A stretch of DNA of 64,000 nt from Dehalococcoidia bacterium (GTDB taxonomy: Bacteria > Chloroflexota > Dehalococcoidia > Lucifugimonadales > UBA1123): contig OY762210.1 of assembly GCA_963665255.1 (NCBI GenBank), positions 715,760-779,759 on the forward strand, given 5' to 3'. Position numbers and translations under genes: made by a program. The notes under the pieces were generated by a model. It had not been told where the DNA came from and did no database searches. It was given only the letters and a program-made list of their open reading frames with translations. Of this stretch, positions 17,823-25,660 are shown piece by piece; positions within the stretch are counted from its first letter, which is position 1; each line of letters starts with the position of its first letter.

Positions 17823-18582
17823 GGTCGTCGTCCTCCTTTCCTTGTTCTTGTTCGGGGAGCCGGGGCAGGACGTCGTCCAGCATCTTGGCGAAGCGGGCCG
17901 GAAGGTCCTCCTCCAGCCAGTCGGCTAACGTGAATACCGAGTCCATCAGGGCGCTGGCCCTCCGCCACTCCTCCGTGCCCTCGGCGATGATCTCGTCGTC
18001 CCAGGGGTCGCAGAACCCGTCATAGTTGCCGTCCTCGTAGCAGTGGTCGAGGAAGAAGTTGCCCGTCTCGGCGAAGACCCAGGCGGCGGCCTTCGCCGCC
18101 CCCTCGAACCGGGTATCCTTCACCGCCTCGGTGAGGCTTTCGACGGGTATGCCGCCCTGGGGAATCCTCTCCAGGGTCTCCTTGGGGATGCGCTCGGCGG
18201 CGGACTCAAGCCACGCCGTCCGTATCTCGTCGGACTCCCCGTAGAAGGAGTCCGGGGGGTTGGCCAGCAGGAGCAGGGCCGATATGCCGTCCCGGTAGCC
18301 GTTCCACAGCTCGTGGAGGCCGTCGTAGCCGAAGCCCATCAGGTCGAAGGGGATGCCCCTGCGCAACCAGCTCCAGGGGGGTTCTTCCCCCTCCCATTCC
18401 ATCCAGTATTCGATGAACGGTCCGTAGAGAGGGAAGTGACGCTCGCCGAAGAGACTGGCGAAACGCTCCACCCTGGTGCGCACGTCGGGGGCCGAGAGCG
18501 CCGCCTCCGCCTCGTTGGGGAAGAGGCGGCGCACCAGTCCCATGAACCATGCGTAGTCGTCGGCGTAGCCGATCACGGTCAC
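17812..18582 (-). CDS. PRTRC-associated hypothetical protein (possibly the C-terminal part of a frameshifted PRTRC-F-like gene)
   Basis: Protein-like sequence runs from ...LSGLSQLLLRRPPLLRELVTVIGYADDYAWFMGL to an acidic C-terminus. No ATG. GTG 18582 is used as a provisional start. The upstream 200 aa of the 468-aa track ORF are Arg-rich overlap with other genes. Confidence 0.5.
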   Translation of the reverse strand: MTVIGYADDYAWFMGLVRRLFPNEAEAALSAPDVRTRVERFASLFGERHFPLYGPFIEYWMEWEGEEPPWSWLRRGIPFDLMGFGYDGLHELWNGYRDGISALLLLANPPDSFYGESDEIRTAWLESAAERIPKETLERIPQGGIPVESLTEAVKDTRFEGAAKAAAWVFAETGNFFLDHCYEDGNYDGFCDPWDDEIIAEGTEEWRRASALMDSVFTLADWLEEDLPARFAKMLDDVLPRLPEQEQGKEDDDHDN

Positions 18583-18632
18583 CAGCTCCCGCAGCAACGG
18601 CGGACGCCGCAGGAGCAGTTGGGAAAGACCGC

Positions 18633-18863
18633 TCAGGAGCGCCGGGGCCGCAGCTGCCACCGCAGCGCCTCCTTGAGCCGACCCGTGGCCGAGGCGTAGT
18701 CCTGCGCCTGGGCGCAGGCCATTTCGACATCCTTCTGGCGTGCGGCCGCGGCGTCCAGGTCGAGGGCGCCGTCGGGCCGTGTGAGCTCCGCCGTGAGCTC
18801 GGTTATCTTGAGGTCCGTAGGCGGTGTGACCGCCAGCAGACCGGCGAAGGTCCGGTTGTCCAT
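18633..18863 (-). CDS. 76-aa hypothetical protein (possibly the N-terminal part of the same gene as 17812-18582)
   Basis: MDNRTFAGLLAVTPPTDLKITELTAELTRPDG... Its last residues (LRPRRS*) look out of frame, while the adjacent frame continues with protein-like sequence. Confidence 0.45.
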   Translation of the reverse strand: MDNRTFAGLLAVTPPTDLKITELTAELTRPDGALDLDAAAARQKDVEMACAQAQDYASATGRLKEALRWQLRPRRS

Positions 18864-18875
18864 CGGATGCCCTCC

Positions 18876-19073
18876 TTACCGGGTGAAGGCCCCCTTGGTG
18901 CCCACCCGCCGTTGGAACTCGTAGATGGTGTCCTCGCCCCTGGTCGTCTCCTTGACCGAGGCGTTGGCGATCTCGCCGTAGAAGTCGCTGAGCGTCGCCT
19001 TCACCTGGTCGACGGTCATCTCGGGGTCGGGGTCCGGGAACTCGCGGTCGTCGTATACGAATACTCTTGCCAT
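18876..19073 (-). CDS. small ubiquitin-like (beta-grasp) protein, PRTRC protein C-like
   Basis: 65 aa: MARVFVYDDREFPDPDPEMTVDQVKATLSDFYGEIANASVKETTRGEDTIYEFQRRVGTKGAFTR. Size, position and pattern fit prokaryotic Ub-like PRTRC_C. RBS AAAAGGAGAAG. Confidence 0.6.
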   Translation of the reverse strand: MARVFVYDDREFPDPDPEMTVDQVKATLSDFYGEIANASVKETTRGEDTIYEFQRRVGTKGAFTR

Positions 19074-19118
19074 CGTTCTTCTCCTTTTCTTGTCTGGTAC
19101 TGTTTCGGTTCCATGTGT

Positions 19119-19153
19119 GGGAAGGCTGCTGCCAATGGAGCAGCGGCCTTCCC
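19119..19153 (-). terminator. intergenic hairpin between SNF2 helicase and Ubl gene
   Basis: GGGAAGGCTGCTGC-caatg-GAGCAGCGGCCTTCCC (one bulge). Confidence 0.4.
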
Positions 19154-19166
19154 GTGACTCTGCGGT

Positions 19167-21521
19167 CTAGCGTCCCGCGCCGACCGGCTCTTCCTCGCGC
19201 TCCATGCTCATCGCCCACTCGAACATCGAGAGGGTCGCGGGCCGGGGCTTGCGGCGCTTCGTCTCGACAGGCTCGTCCGCCATGAACTCCGCCCAGGAGA
19301 ACAGCGACTGCTGCGCCCCGGCCTCGTCGTGGTGACCGTTGCCGTTGTCCGGGGCTGGCGCGTGGACGTTGCCACTCCCGTTGGCGGGCACGTTGTCGCT
19401 TGGTACAAGCTCGACCGTCGGTCCGATGGGGAGAGCCTCGTGGTGTCTGTTTCCGTTGACGCCGATGGTCTCCGGTTCCACCGGCTTCCAGTCTTTGTCC
19501 ACCAGCAGTTCCTCAGCGTCGGACTCCGCGTCGCGCGCCTCGGCGAAGGCCGACTCCACCGTTTCAGCGTCGTCCTCGCCGCTGACGATCTTCCGCGCCA
19601 GCGCCATCATCAGGTCGTCGCCGTCGTCCCCGTATGCGGCCAGACCGTCCTCCGGCAGCTCACCCTCGACGGCCAGGGAGCTCTGGAGCTTCTTCGCCAC
19701 CAGCTTCAGCGCGTCGGCCTGGAGCGTGTTCCGGTAGGACATGTAGACCACCTTGACCGGGCGGGTCTGCCCGATGCGCCACGACCGTCGCGACGCCTGG
19801 CGCATCACGTACACCGAGTAGTCGGTCTCGTACCAGCAGATGGTCGGGAAGTCGATCAGGTCGAGGCCGGTCTGTACCAGGCGCGGGTGGCAGATGAGTA
19901 CGTCCAGACCCTTTTTGACCCTGTCGGCCACCCAAGCCTCCCTCTTGTCGGGCGCAACCGCGTCGGCCTTCATAACCGCCACCCGGAAGCCGTGCCTGGT
20001 GAGGATGTCGTCCATTCGCCCGGTGATGTCGCGCGTTCCGGTGTGGGTGACGTACACCAGCACCCTGCGCCCGGCCATCCGCTCGGCGGCCACCAGGTCG
20101 ATGAGCGCCTTCTCCTTCGGGTAGAGGCGCTCCTCAGACAGCGGTGGCACCTGCACGATGACGTCGCCGGTCCTGGGGTCGAACACCGTCTCCCCCCTGG
20201 TGCAGCCGTCCGGGTAGGCGAGGAGGGTTTGCAAGTAGGTTGCCAGCAGCCGCTTGGAGCCGGCCTTGAGCGCCTTCGCCAGCTCCTCCTTCAGAGTCTC
20301 GAACACGCGTCTGTAGGCGCTGCGCTGGGAGTAGCCGGTGCCGTCCTCCTCCGTGTCCATTGAAGAAAGCAGCACCTGCTCGGTGTAGTCAGGCAGCCCG
20401 GAGGCCACGTCCGCCAGCCTGAGGAAGACGGTGTTGCCGATGATGTGGAACAGCGCCGAGGGAACGAGTCCCGGCTTCTCCCGCACCACCTTTCGGAACT
20501 TGCGGCGTCTGCTGTTGCGCCCGTCCTCGACCGCGCCGTCGTCGGGCCTGCCGATGGTGTGCTCCTCGAAGCCGTACCGCTTGATCCAGCGTCCCTCGTC
20601 CGATCGTCCGAACTCGGTCCTGATCTCGGGCGAGAACCTGTACAGCAGGTGGAAGAGCGTGCTGGCATAGCCTCCCATGAGCGTCCCGGACAGGCTGAGG
20701 GACTTGCCGCAGACATCCGCCAGGATGCCCGCGGCGATGCCCTGGGCTGAGCCGCGCCCCTTGTACTCGTGCACCTCGTCCCCGATGAGCAGGTCGAAGA
20801 AGCCCTTCATCCGGTGCTTGACGTAGTCTGCGAGCGGGTAGCGCTTCGGCCCGGCCTTGTCGGCCTGCCAGAGAGGGGAGGTGCAGCTTGCGCAGTAGCG
20901 CTTTCTGCGGTTGAGCGCGGCGTCCGTCAGCGGCACGCCGTCCTTGTCCACGACCTGCGCGGTGCAGTCCGGGCAGCATGGCACCCTGAACGGCTCCTTC
21001 GTCTCCGCGTCCCGCACCAGCCTGCCCTTCGAGACCGCCCACCGATGTATCACGGACGCCTTCCAGCGGTACGACAGCTTCGCTCGTTCCCGGCTCATGA
21101 CCGCGAACAGCGGGCCGGAGCCGGCAGACAGGCGGAGGTTCTCCAGGTCGGTGATGGACGTTACGATGGCGGCTCGTGCGAACGGGACCGTCTGCTCCAC
21201 CTCCCGCTTCCACTTCTTCGTCAGGTGCGGCGGGCAGAGGATCAGCACCCTCTCGAAGCCCGCCATGTGCGCAGCGGCGGCTCCGATGAAAGTCTTGCCG
21301 GTGCCCATCTCCCCGACGACCGTGGTGCCCCGGTGTGTTTCGAGGGACAGGGCCGCGCCCCTGATGGCGTCGGCCTGGGCTCCCAGCGGCTTGCGCAGCA
21401 GGTGGGGCAGACTGCCGCCGTCACCCGAGGGGCGGTACAGCGGTGGGTAGGACTCGACCACCCTTCGGGCGATGGCGTCCTTGAAGGTGTCGATGAACTC
21501 TCCGAGGTTCATTTCTGGCAT
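19167..21521 (-). CDS. SNF2/RAD54-family helicase with zinc-ribbon insert
   Basis: 784 aa. Motif I GEMGTGKT, motif II DEVHEYKG, motif VI QASRRSWRIGQTRPVKV. Insert CCPDCTAQ...YCASCTSP. Confidence 0.85.
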   Translation of the reverse strand: MPEMNLGEFIDTFKDAIARRVVESYPPLYRPSGDGGSLPHLLRKPLGAQADAIRGAALSLETHRGTTVVGEMGTGKTFIGAAAAHMAGFERVLILCPPHLTKKWKREVEQTVPFARAAIVTSITDLENLRLSAGSGPLFAVMSRERAKLSYRWKASVIHRWAVSKGRLVRDAETKEPFRVPCCPDCTAQVVDKDGVPLTDAALNRRKRYCASCTSPLWQADKAGPKRYPLADYVKHRMKGFFDLLIGDEVHEYKGRGSAQGIAAGILADVCGKSLSLSGTLMGGYASTLFHLLYRFSPEIRTEFGRSDEGRWIKRYGFEEHTIGRPDDGAVEDGRNSRRRKFRKVVREKPGLVPSALFHIIGNTVFLRLADVASGLPDYTEQVLLSSMDTEEDGTGYSQRSAYRRVFETLKEELAKALKAGSKRLLATYLQTLLAYPDGCTRGETVFDPRTGDVIVQVPPLSEERLYPKEKALIDLVAAERMAGRRVLVYVTHTGTRDITGRMDDILTRHGFRVAVMKADAVAPDKREAWVADRVKKGLDVLICHPRLVQTGLDLIDFPTICWYETDYSVYVMRQASRRSWRIGQTRPVKVVYMSYRNTLQADALKLVAKKLQSSLAVEGELPEDGLAAYGDDGDDLMMALARKIVSGEDDAETVESAFAEARDAESDAEELLVDKDWKPVEPETIGVNGNRHHEALPIGPTVELVPSDNVPANGSGNVHAPAPDNGNGHHDEAGAQQSLFSWAEFMADEPVETKRRKPRPATLSMFEWAMSMEREEEPVGAGR

Positions 21522-21664
21522 CTCCTTCCTTGTTGCCGGAGAGTGACGCCGCGACCCGCCCCCTGTGGGAGCGTTCGGTCTCCGGCAACGCCCCCAGGCG
21601 GTTGCTTGAATGTGCGAGGCGCCTCAGGTGGCTGGCCTCGTTGTGTGCGGCTCAGCTGAGCCGT

Positions 21665-21859
21665 CTACGCGGCGTTCGGGAGGGACTCCCCGAGCCCCTG
21701 GTCGTCGTAGCAGCGTCCCCGCAGGTGGTATGTCTTCAACGGTGAGGCGACTGCCCTGCCGTCGATGATGTCCACGGATGCGGTCTGCATGAACGGCTCC
21801 CCGGGAGAGATCGGCTGACCGCACCGGGAGCACGCTTCGAGCGTCATCGTAGTCTGCAT
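21665..21859 (-). CDS. 64-aa hypothetical protein
   Basis: Start at MQTTMTLE with RBS GAGGAAAGGA. Contains CSRCGQ. Lies inside a longer shadow ORF. Confidence 0.4.
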   Translation of the reverse strand: MQTTMTLEACSRCGQPISPGEPFMQTASVDIIDGRAVASPLKTYHLRGRCYDDQGLGESLPNAA

Positions 21860-21915
21860 TCTTCTTGTCCTTTCCTCACATGTAGGGGTTCGCCTTAATA
21901 CATCCGGTAAGAGAA

Positions 21916-21953
21916 AGGCCCCGCCGGTCTCCGGTGGTGGAGTGGCGGGGCCT
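21916..21953 (-). terminator. hairpin downstream of the methyltransferase gene
   Basis: AGGCCCCGCC-18 nt-GGCGGGGCCT. On the minus strand it is followed by TTTCTCTT. Confidence 0.5.
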
Positions 21954-21984
21954 CGCGGATGTTCGGTACGGAGTCTCGGACCGT

Positions 21985-23025
21985 CTATGCCGCAATGTCG
22001 GTTATCGCGCCGTCTTTCAGGTCGAGGGCGACCACAGTGGTCCTGAGCTTCTCGCGGTGGACTTCCTTCTGGAGGGTCTCCTCCACGAGCACCATCTCCT
22101 TGCTGGTGCGGCCCTTGACCAGTATGCGCCGCCCGTCCCCTTCGAGGACGAGGTTGTCCAGGAAGCCCGCTGCAACCAACATCGCCATGTGTCCCCTTCG
22201 CAGGGGCATTAGTGGGCGGGTGCGGCTGTCGCCTGCGGGCCAGAGGGAGTCGGTGATCTCCGTGTTCGCCCACAGCCCCGACCGGCGCGCCTCAGCCACG
22301 GCCGCCACCGGATCGACGGTGCGTGTTGCGAACAGCACGTCCCCTCCAGGTGTGGTTGGCGCGGTGAAGAACGGGTAGCGGATCCCGCCCAGCCTGTCGA
22401 GGTCCCCGGCCGACCATCTCAGCACCGTCTCCTCGGCGGCCGTGTCCGGCGTGGGGTCTAGCTTCCGGTAGCCCAGGAGCACGACCTGGTCGAAGACCTC
22501 GCGCTCGGGGTCAGGGAAGGCCCAGCAGCGCATCCGTCCGTAGTGGGTGGACAGGTAGCGCGCCGAGACCGCCAGCCGCTGCCTGGGGACGATGAACACC
22601 AGCAGGCCGCCCTCGACGAGGTAGCGCGTACAGTGCGTGAGGAAGGCGTGCTCGACGCGCCTGTCTTCGCCTGAGTCGAAGTCATACGGCGGGTTTAGGT
22701 ACAGTGCGCCGAAGGCGCCGTTCGCAATCGAGGTGGCGAACAGGTCTGCCGAGAGGGCTCGGTCCAGCTTACGCCCCGCCTCCTCGGCCCTCTCCCGGTG
22801 AAGCTCCACGCCGTAGGTGAAGACGGGCAGGCTTCCCCTGCCGCGGAGTTTCTCAGCGAGCTGCGCCACTGCGTCGCCGCCCCCGCAGCAGGGATCGAGG
22901 ATGCGCAGCGTCTCCCCGTTCCTGTAGTAGTTACCGGAGGGGGCGTTTACCAGTCCCGCGATCATCCCCACCACGCGGTCGGGCGTCGGGTAGTAGCCCC
23001 CCTTGGCCTGTGCAGCCAGTCTCAT
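21985..23025 (-). CDS. N6-adenine DNA methyltransferase (NPPY type)
   Basis: Start set at MRLAAQAKGGYYPTP (RBS GAGAGGAGAG). SAM motif ILDPCCGGG and catalytic LYLNPPYD. Confidence 0.75.
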   Translation of the reverse strand: MRLAAQAKGGYYPTPDRVVGMIAGLVNAPSGNYYRNGETLRILDPCCGGGDAVAQLAEKLRGRGSLPVFTYGVELHRERAEEAGRKLDRALSADLFATSIANGAFGALYLNPPYDFDSGEDRRVEHAFLTHCTRYLVEGGLLVFIVPRQRLAVSARYLSTHYGRMRCWAFPDPEREVFDQVVLLGYRKLDPTPDTAAEETVLRWSAGDLDRLGGIRYPFFTAPTTPGGDVLFATRTVDPVAAVAEARRSGLWANTEITDSLWPAGDSRTRPLMPLRRGHMAMLVAAGFLDNLVLEGDGRRILVKGRTSKEMVLVEETLQKEVHREKLRTTVVALDLKDGAITDIAA

Positions 23026-23285
23026 GTCGTCTCTCCTCTCTCGGTTTCGGTTGTCGTATTCGGCCCGAACCGGCAGGGTCCGGGCTTGCAGAAGTGGCAG
23101 TTCCACCTCAGTCCATCGGGGTAGGTGTACTGCTCCACGGTTAGCGCGAGGAACACCACCTTCCCACCGCATGACGCGCAGTGGTAGGTGGCCCCGGCGT
23201 GAATGTCGATGCTCCGCTCCTTCGTCCCAGCGAAGGGATCGTGGCAGTTTGGGCAGCTGAAGACCAGGGTCGGCTCTGCCGTCAT
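23022..23285 (-). CDS. 87-aa multi-CxxC zinc-ribbon protein
   Basis: CPNCHD..., HCASCGG..., NCHFCKPGPC. Stop overlaps the methyltransferase start. Confidence 0.5.
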   Translation of the reverse strand: MTAEPTLVFSCPNCHDPFAGTKERSIDIHAGATYHCASCGGKVVFLALTVEQYTYPDGLRWNCHFCKPGPCRFGPNTTTETERGETT

Positions 23286-23309
23286 GGTCCCATCTCCTTT
23301 CCGCCGCCT

Positions 23310-23741
23310 TCAGGCGGCCATTCCGATGTCACTGTGGCCGGCCTCGATGCCGATAAACTCGCCGATAGCTAGGTTGCGCTGGTAGCACAACACCTGGGCG
23401 GTTCCGATGTCCTCGGCGCAGGACAGGCAGTAGGCGGTTATCAGCTCTGCGCGGTTGGCGACGACGATCCGCCGCACCAGCATCGAGCCACCCTCCGGTG
23501 AAGCCTGACCCGTATTCGATACGGGGTCGTGCAGGTAGAGTGTGAGGTACGGGTCGCGCCTCTCCGCCTCCGTAGCAGGACGGAAGAAGTGAGGCTGTCC
23601 CGAGGTCATCAGGTGGTGTGTTATGTCGTGTGGGCAGTAGCGGCAGGTGTCCCTGTCTGGCGCGAACCGCTCCCACGCCCCACCGTTGCGAGCGATGCGC
23701 CGCCTGTTCTTCCGCTTCGCCCGTTTCAGGGTCCTATCCAT
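23310..23741 (-). CDS. hypothetical protein (Cys-containing, basic N-terminus)
   Basis: 143-aa ORF in the operon, with CRYCPHD and CLSCAED. No recognised family. Confidence 0.45.
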   Translation of the reverse strand: MDRTLKRAKRKNRRRIARNGGAWERFAPDRDTCRYCPHDITHHLMTSGQPHFFRPATEAERRDPYLTLYLHDPVSNTGQASPEGGSMLVRRIVVANRAELITAYCLSCAEDIGTAQVLCYQRNLAIGEFIGIEAGHSDIGMAA

Positions 23742-24363
23742 CGGATGTCTCCTCCCTGGGCAGCGTCAGCCACCCTGTAGCCACCGCGTCGGACAGGTCA
23801 CTCCTGAGCTTCTTCGCCTCCGGGGAGCACCTGTAGGCGGAGACGCCCACCGACTGGAGCGGGACTATCTCACCCTCCTCCATGCCACGCGTCCAGAGCC
23901 AGTTGGCCCATGAGCCATGCAGCGGAAGCGGGCTGCGCCTGTCGAGGAAGCGGTGGTGCAGCGCCGGGGCCTCCTCCTCGGATTGAGCCAGCAGCAGAAA
24001 CGAGTCCTTCTCGTAGCCGTACTCGGCCTGCTTCGTGTAAACCAGCGCGTGCCAGCCGCCGGACACAGGCAGCCGGGCGATCTTCGTAGTCCATGTGCCC
24101 AGCGTCTCGTACGGGATCACGCACCGCTGGTAGCCACCACTGAGCGCCATGCCGTCCGCTCCCCTGATGATGTGCGCGGTGTCCGGGGGCTGCTTGAGCA
24201 GCGACGCCCAGATCGCCTTGAGCGCGGTCTGGGAGCCGACCATCGAGACGAACCAGAGGCCGTCCGACCCGTCGTCTCGGGCGAAGGCGTCCACGGTGGC
24301 CGAGAATCCCCCGGCGTTGATGGTGTAGAGATCTTCGGGGTTTACGGTGTTGGTCGCGAGCAC
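23734..24363 (-). CDS. hypothetical protein
   Basis: 209-aa ORF, GTG start with RBS AAAGGAG. Non-biased composition. No recognised motif. Confidence 0.5.
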   Translation of the reverse strand: MLATNTVNPEDLYTINAGGFSATVDAFARDDGSDGLWFVSMVGSQTALKAIWASLLKQPPDTAHIIRGADGMALSGGYQRCVIPYETLGTWTTKIARLPVSGGWHALVYTKQAEYGYEKDSFLLLAQSEEEAPALHHRFLDRRSPLPLHGSWANWLWTRGMEEGEIVPLQSVGVSAYRCSPEAKKLRSDLSDAVATGWLTLPREETSDG

Positions 24364-24484
24364 TTCGAGTCTCCTTTGTCATATGGGTTGATAGGCGACG
24401 CGCGCGGGAGCGCATCCCACGCGTGAGGGCCGGACGGCTCACGCTGTCCGGTCTTTGAGAACCTGTCCCGTACTTGAAACGGGT

Positions 24485-25030
24485 TCAGGACATGAGACCC
24501 CGGCTCTTGAGGCTGACGTGCGCCTCACCGCCGATGACGACGTGGTCGAGTAGCTCGATCTCCAGCAGCTCCGACGCCTGCTTCAGCTTGCGCGTGATCG
24601 CCACGTCTTCGGGGCTGGGAGTGGGGTCCTGGCTGGGGTGGTTGTGAACGATGATGATGGCGGGCATGGACTCGACCACGGCGGGCCTGAACACCTCTGC
24701 CGGGCGGACCATCGACGAGTAGACGTTGCCCTGGTAGATCACCCGCTGGCCCAGCACACGGTTGCGCCTGTCGAGCAGCAGAACGCGCAGCTGCTCCTGT
24801 GCCAGGGCTGACATCTCGGGTCCCAGCAGGTCGTGAACGTCCTGGGCGCAGCCGATGGATGGAGGGTCGTCTGGACCGTCCGACCTGGTGGCGACTTCGT
24901 AGCGAACCGCCAGTTCTCCGAGCAGGCTCAGGTTGGTGCGCAGCGCGTTCAGGATCGCCTGCCCCTCCGGGGTTGGCTCGGGGTTGGGGTTGACGGTCTG
25001 CTCGCTGGTGGACTTGTTCTCTCGGGGCAT
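24485..25030 (-). CDS. radC: RadC-like JAB-domain protein
   Basis: 181 aa. IIVHNHPSQDPTPSPEDVAITRKL is the RadC/DUF2466 JAMM signature. Confidence 0.85.
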   Translation of the reverse strand: MPRENKSTSEQTVNPNPEPTPEGQAILNALRTNLSLLGELAVRYEVATRSDGPDDPPSIGCAQDVHDLLGPEMSALAQEQLRVLLLDRRNRVLGQRVIYQGNVYSSMVRPAEVFRPAVVESMPAIIIVHNHPSQDPTPSPEDVAITRKLKQASELLEIELLDHVVIGGEAHVSLKSRGLMS

Positions 25031-25064
25031 GTAGGCCTCCTTCGTTATCGGTCTGAACAGAAGC

Positions 25065-25094
25065 GGGGCCGCCCCTTCAATCGGGAGCGGCCCC
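25065..25094 (-). terminator. hairpin downstream of ssb
   Basis: GGGGCCGC-14 nt-GCGGCCCC between the SSB stop and the radC start. Confidence 0.4.
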
Positions 25095-25151
25095 GTGGTT
25101 GGTTGCGGCCGTCGGAGCGGGCGTCTCTATTAGGCTGTGGAGCGTTGTCGC

Positions 25152-25541
25152 CTACTCGAAGGGCGAGGCCGGCGAGTGTTGTCCGGCGTCTCCGTTCCCG
25201 TGACCGACCCCGTTCCCGGTGGCCGAGTCGAGGAACACGACCTCCTGCGCGTGCACCTCAGTGCGGTAGCGGCGCTGTCCGTCGTCGCCCTCCCACGAGC
25301 TGTGCACCAGGCGTCCGGCGACGTACACCCGCTGGCCCTTCGTCACGTACTCGTTGACGGCCTCGGCGGTCTTTCCCCAGACCACCACGTTGTGCCAGTC
25401 GGTCTCGTTCTCGGCGTCCCTGCGGTAGCGGTCGGTCGCCAGCCGCAGGTTCGTGACGGCGGTTCCATCCGGCGTGTAGCGCATCTCCGGCTCGATTCCG
25501 ACCCGTCCCAGAAGCTGTACGCTGTTGATCGTCCCTGCCAT
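25152..25541 (-). CDS. ssb: single-stranded DNA-binding protein
   Basis: 129 aa. MAGTINSVQLLGRVGIEPEMRYTPDGTAVTNLRLATDR...WHNVVVWGKTAE...YVAGRLVHSSWE is an OB-fold SSB pattern. Gly-rich tail ends in PFE. Confidence 0.85.
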   Translation of the reverse strand: MAGTINSVQLLGRVGIEPEMRYTPDGTAVTNLRLATDRYRRDAENETDWHNVVVWGKTAEAVNEYVTKGQRVYVAGRLVHSSWEGDDGQRRYRTEVHAQEVVFLDSATGNGVGHGNGDAGQHSPASPFE

Positions 25542-25660
25542 TTCGTTTCTCCTTTCGAAAGTGGTGTGGCGCGGCCTGTCCGTGCCCGTCTGAATGAGAA
25601 GCAGAGCCGTCTCCTGTAGAAGAGAAGGCGACCCCGTTGTGCGCTCCCACCGGGAAGCGT

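Noticed and set aside
17812-19218. 468-aa track ORF taken at face value as one protein.
   Set aside because: Its N-terminal ~200 aa are Arg-rich and overlap, out of frame, the Ubl gene and the 76-aa ORF, both of which have RBSs. Only the C-terminal ~256 aa look like protein.
15243-19218. ParB-family gene expected in a PRTRC cassette.
   Set aside because: No ORF in or next to the cassette shows a ParB-like (GxxRxxA / HTH) pattern. The flanking genes are DUF2958, an acidic protein and an SNF2 helicase.
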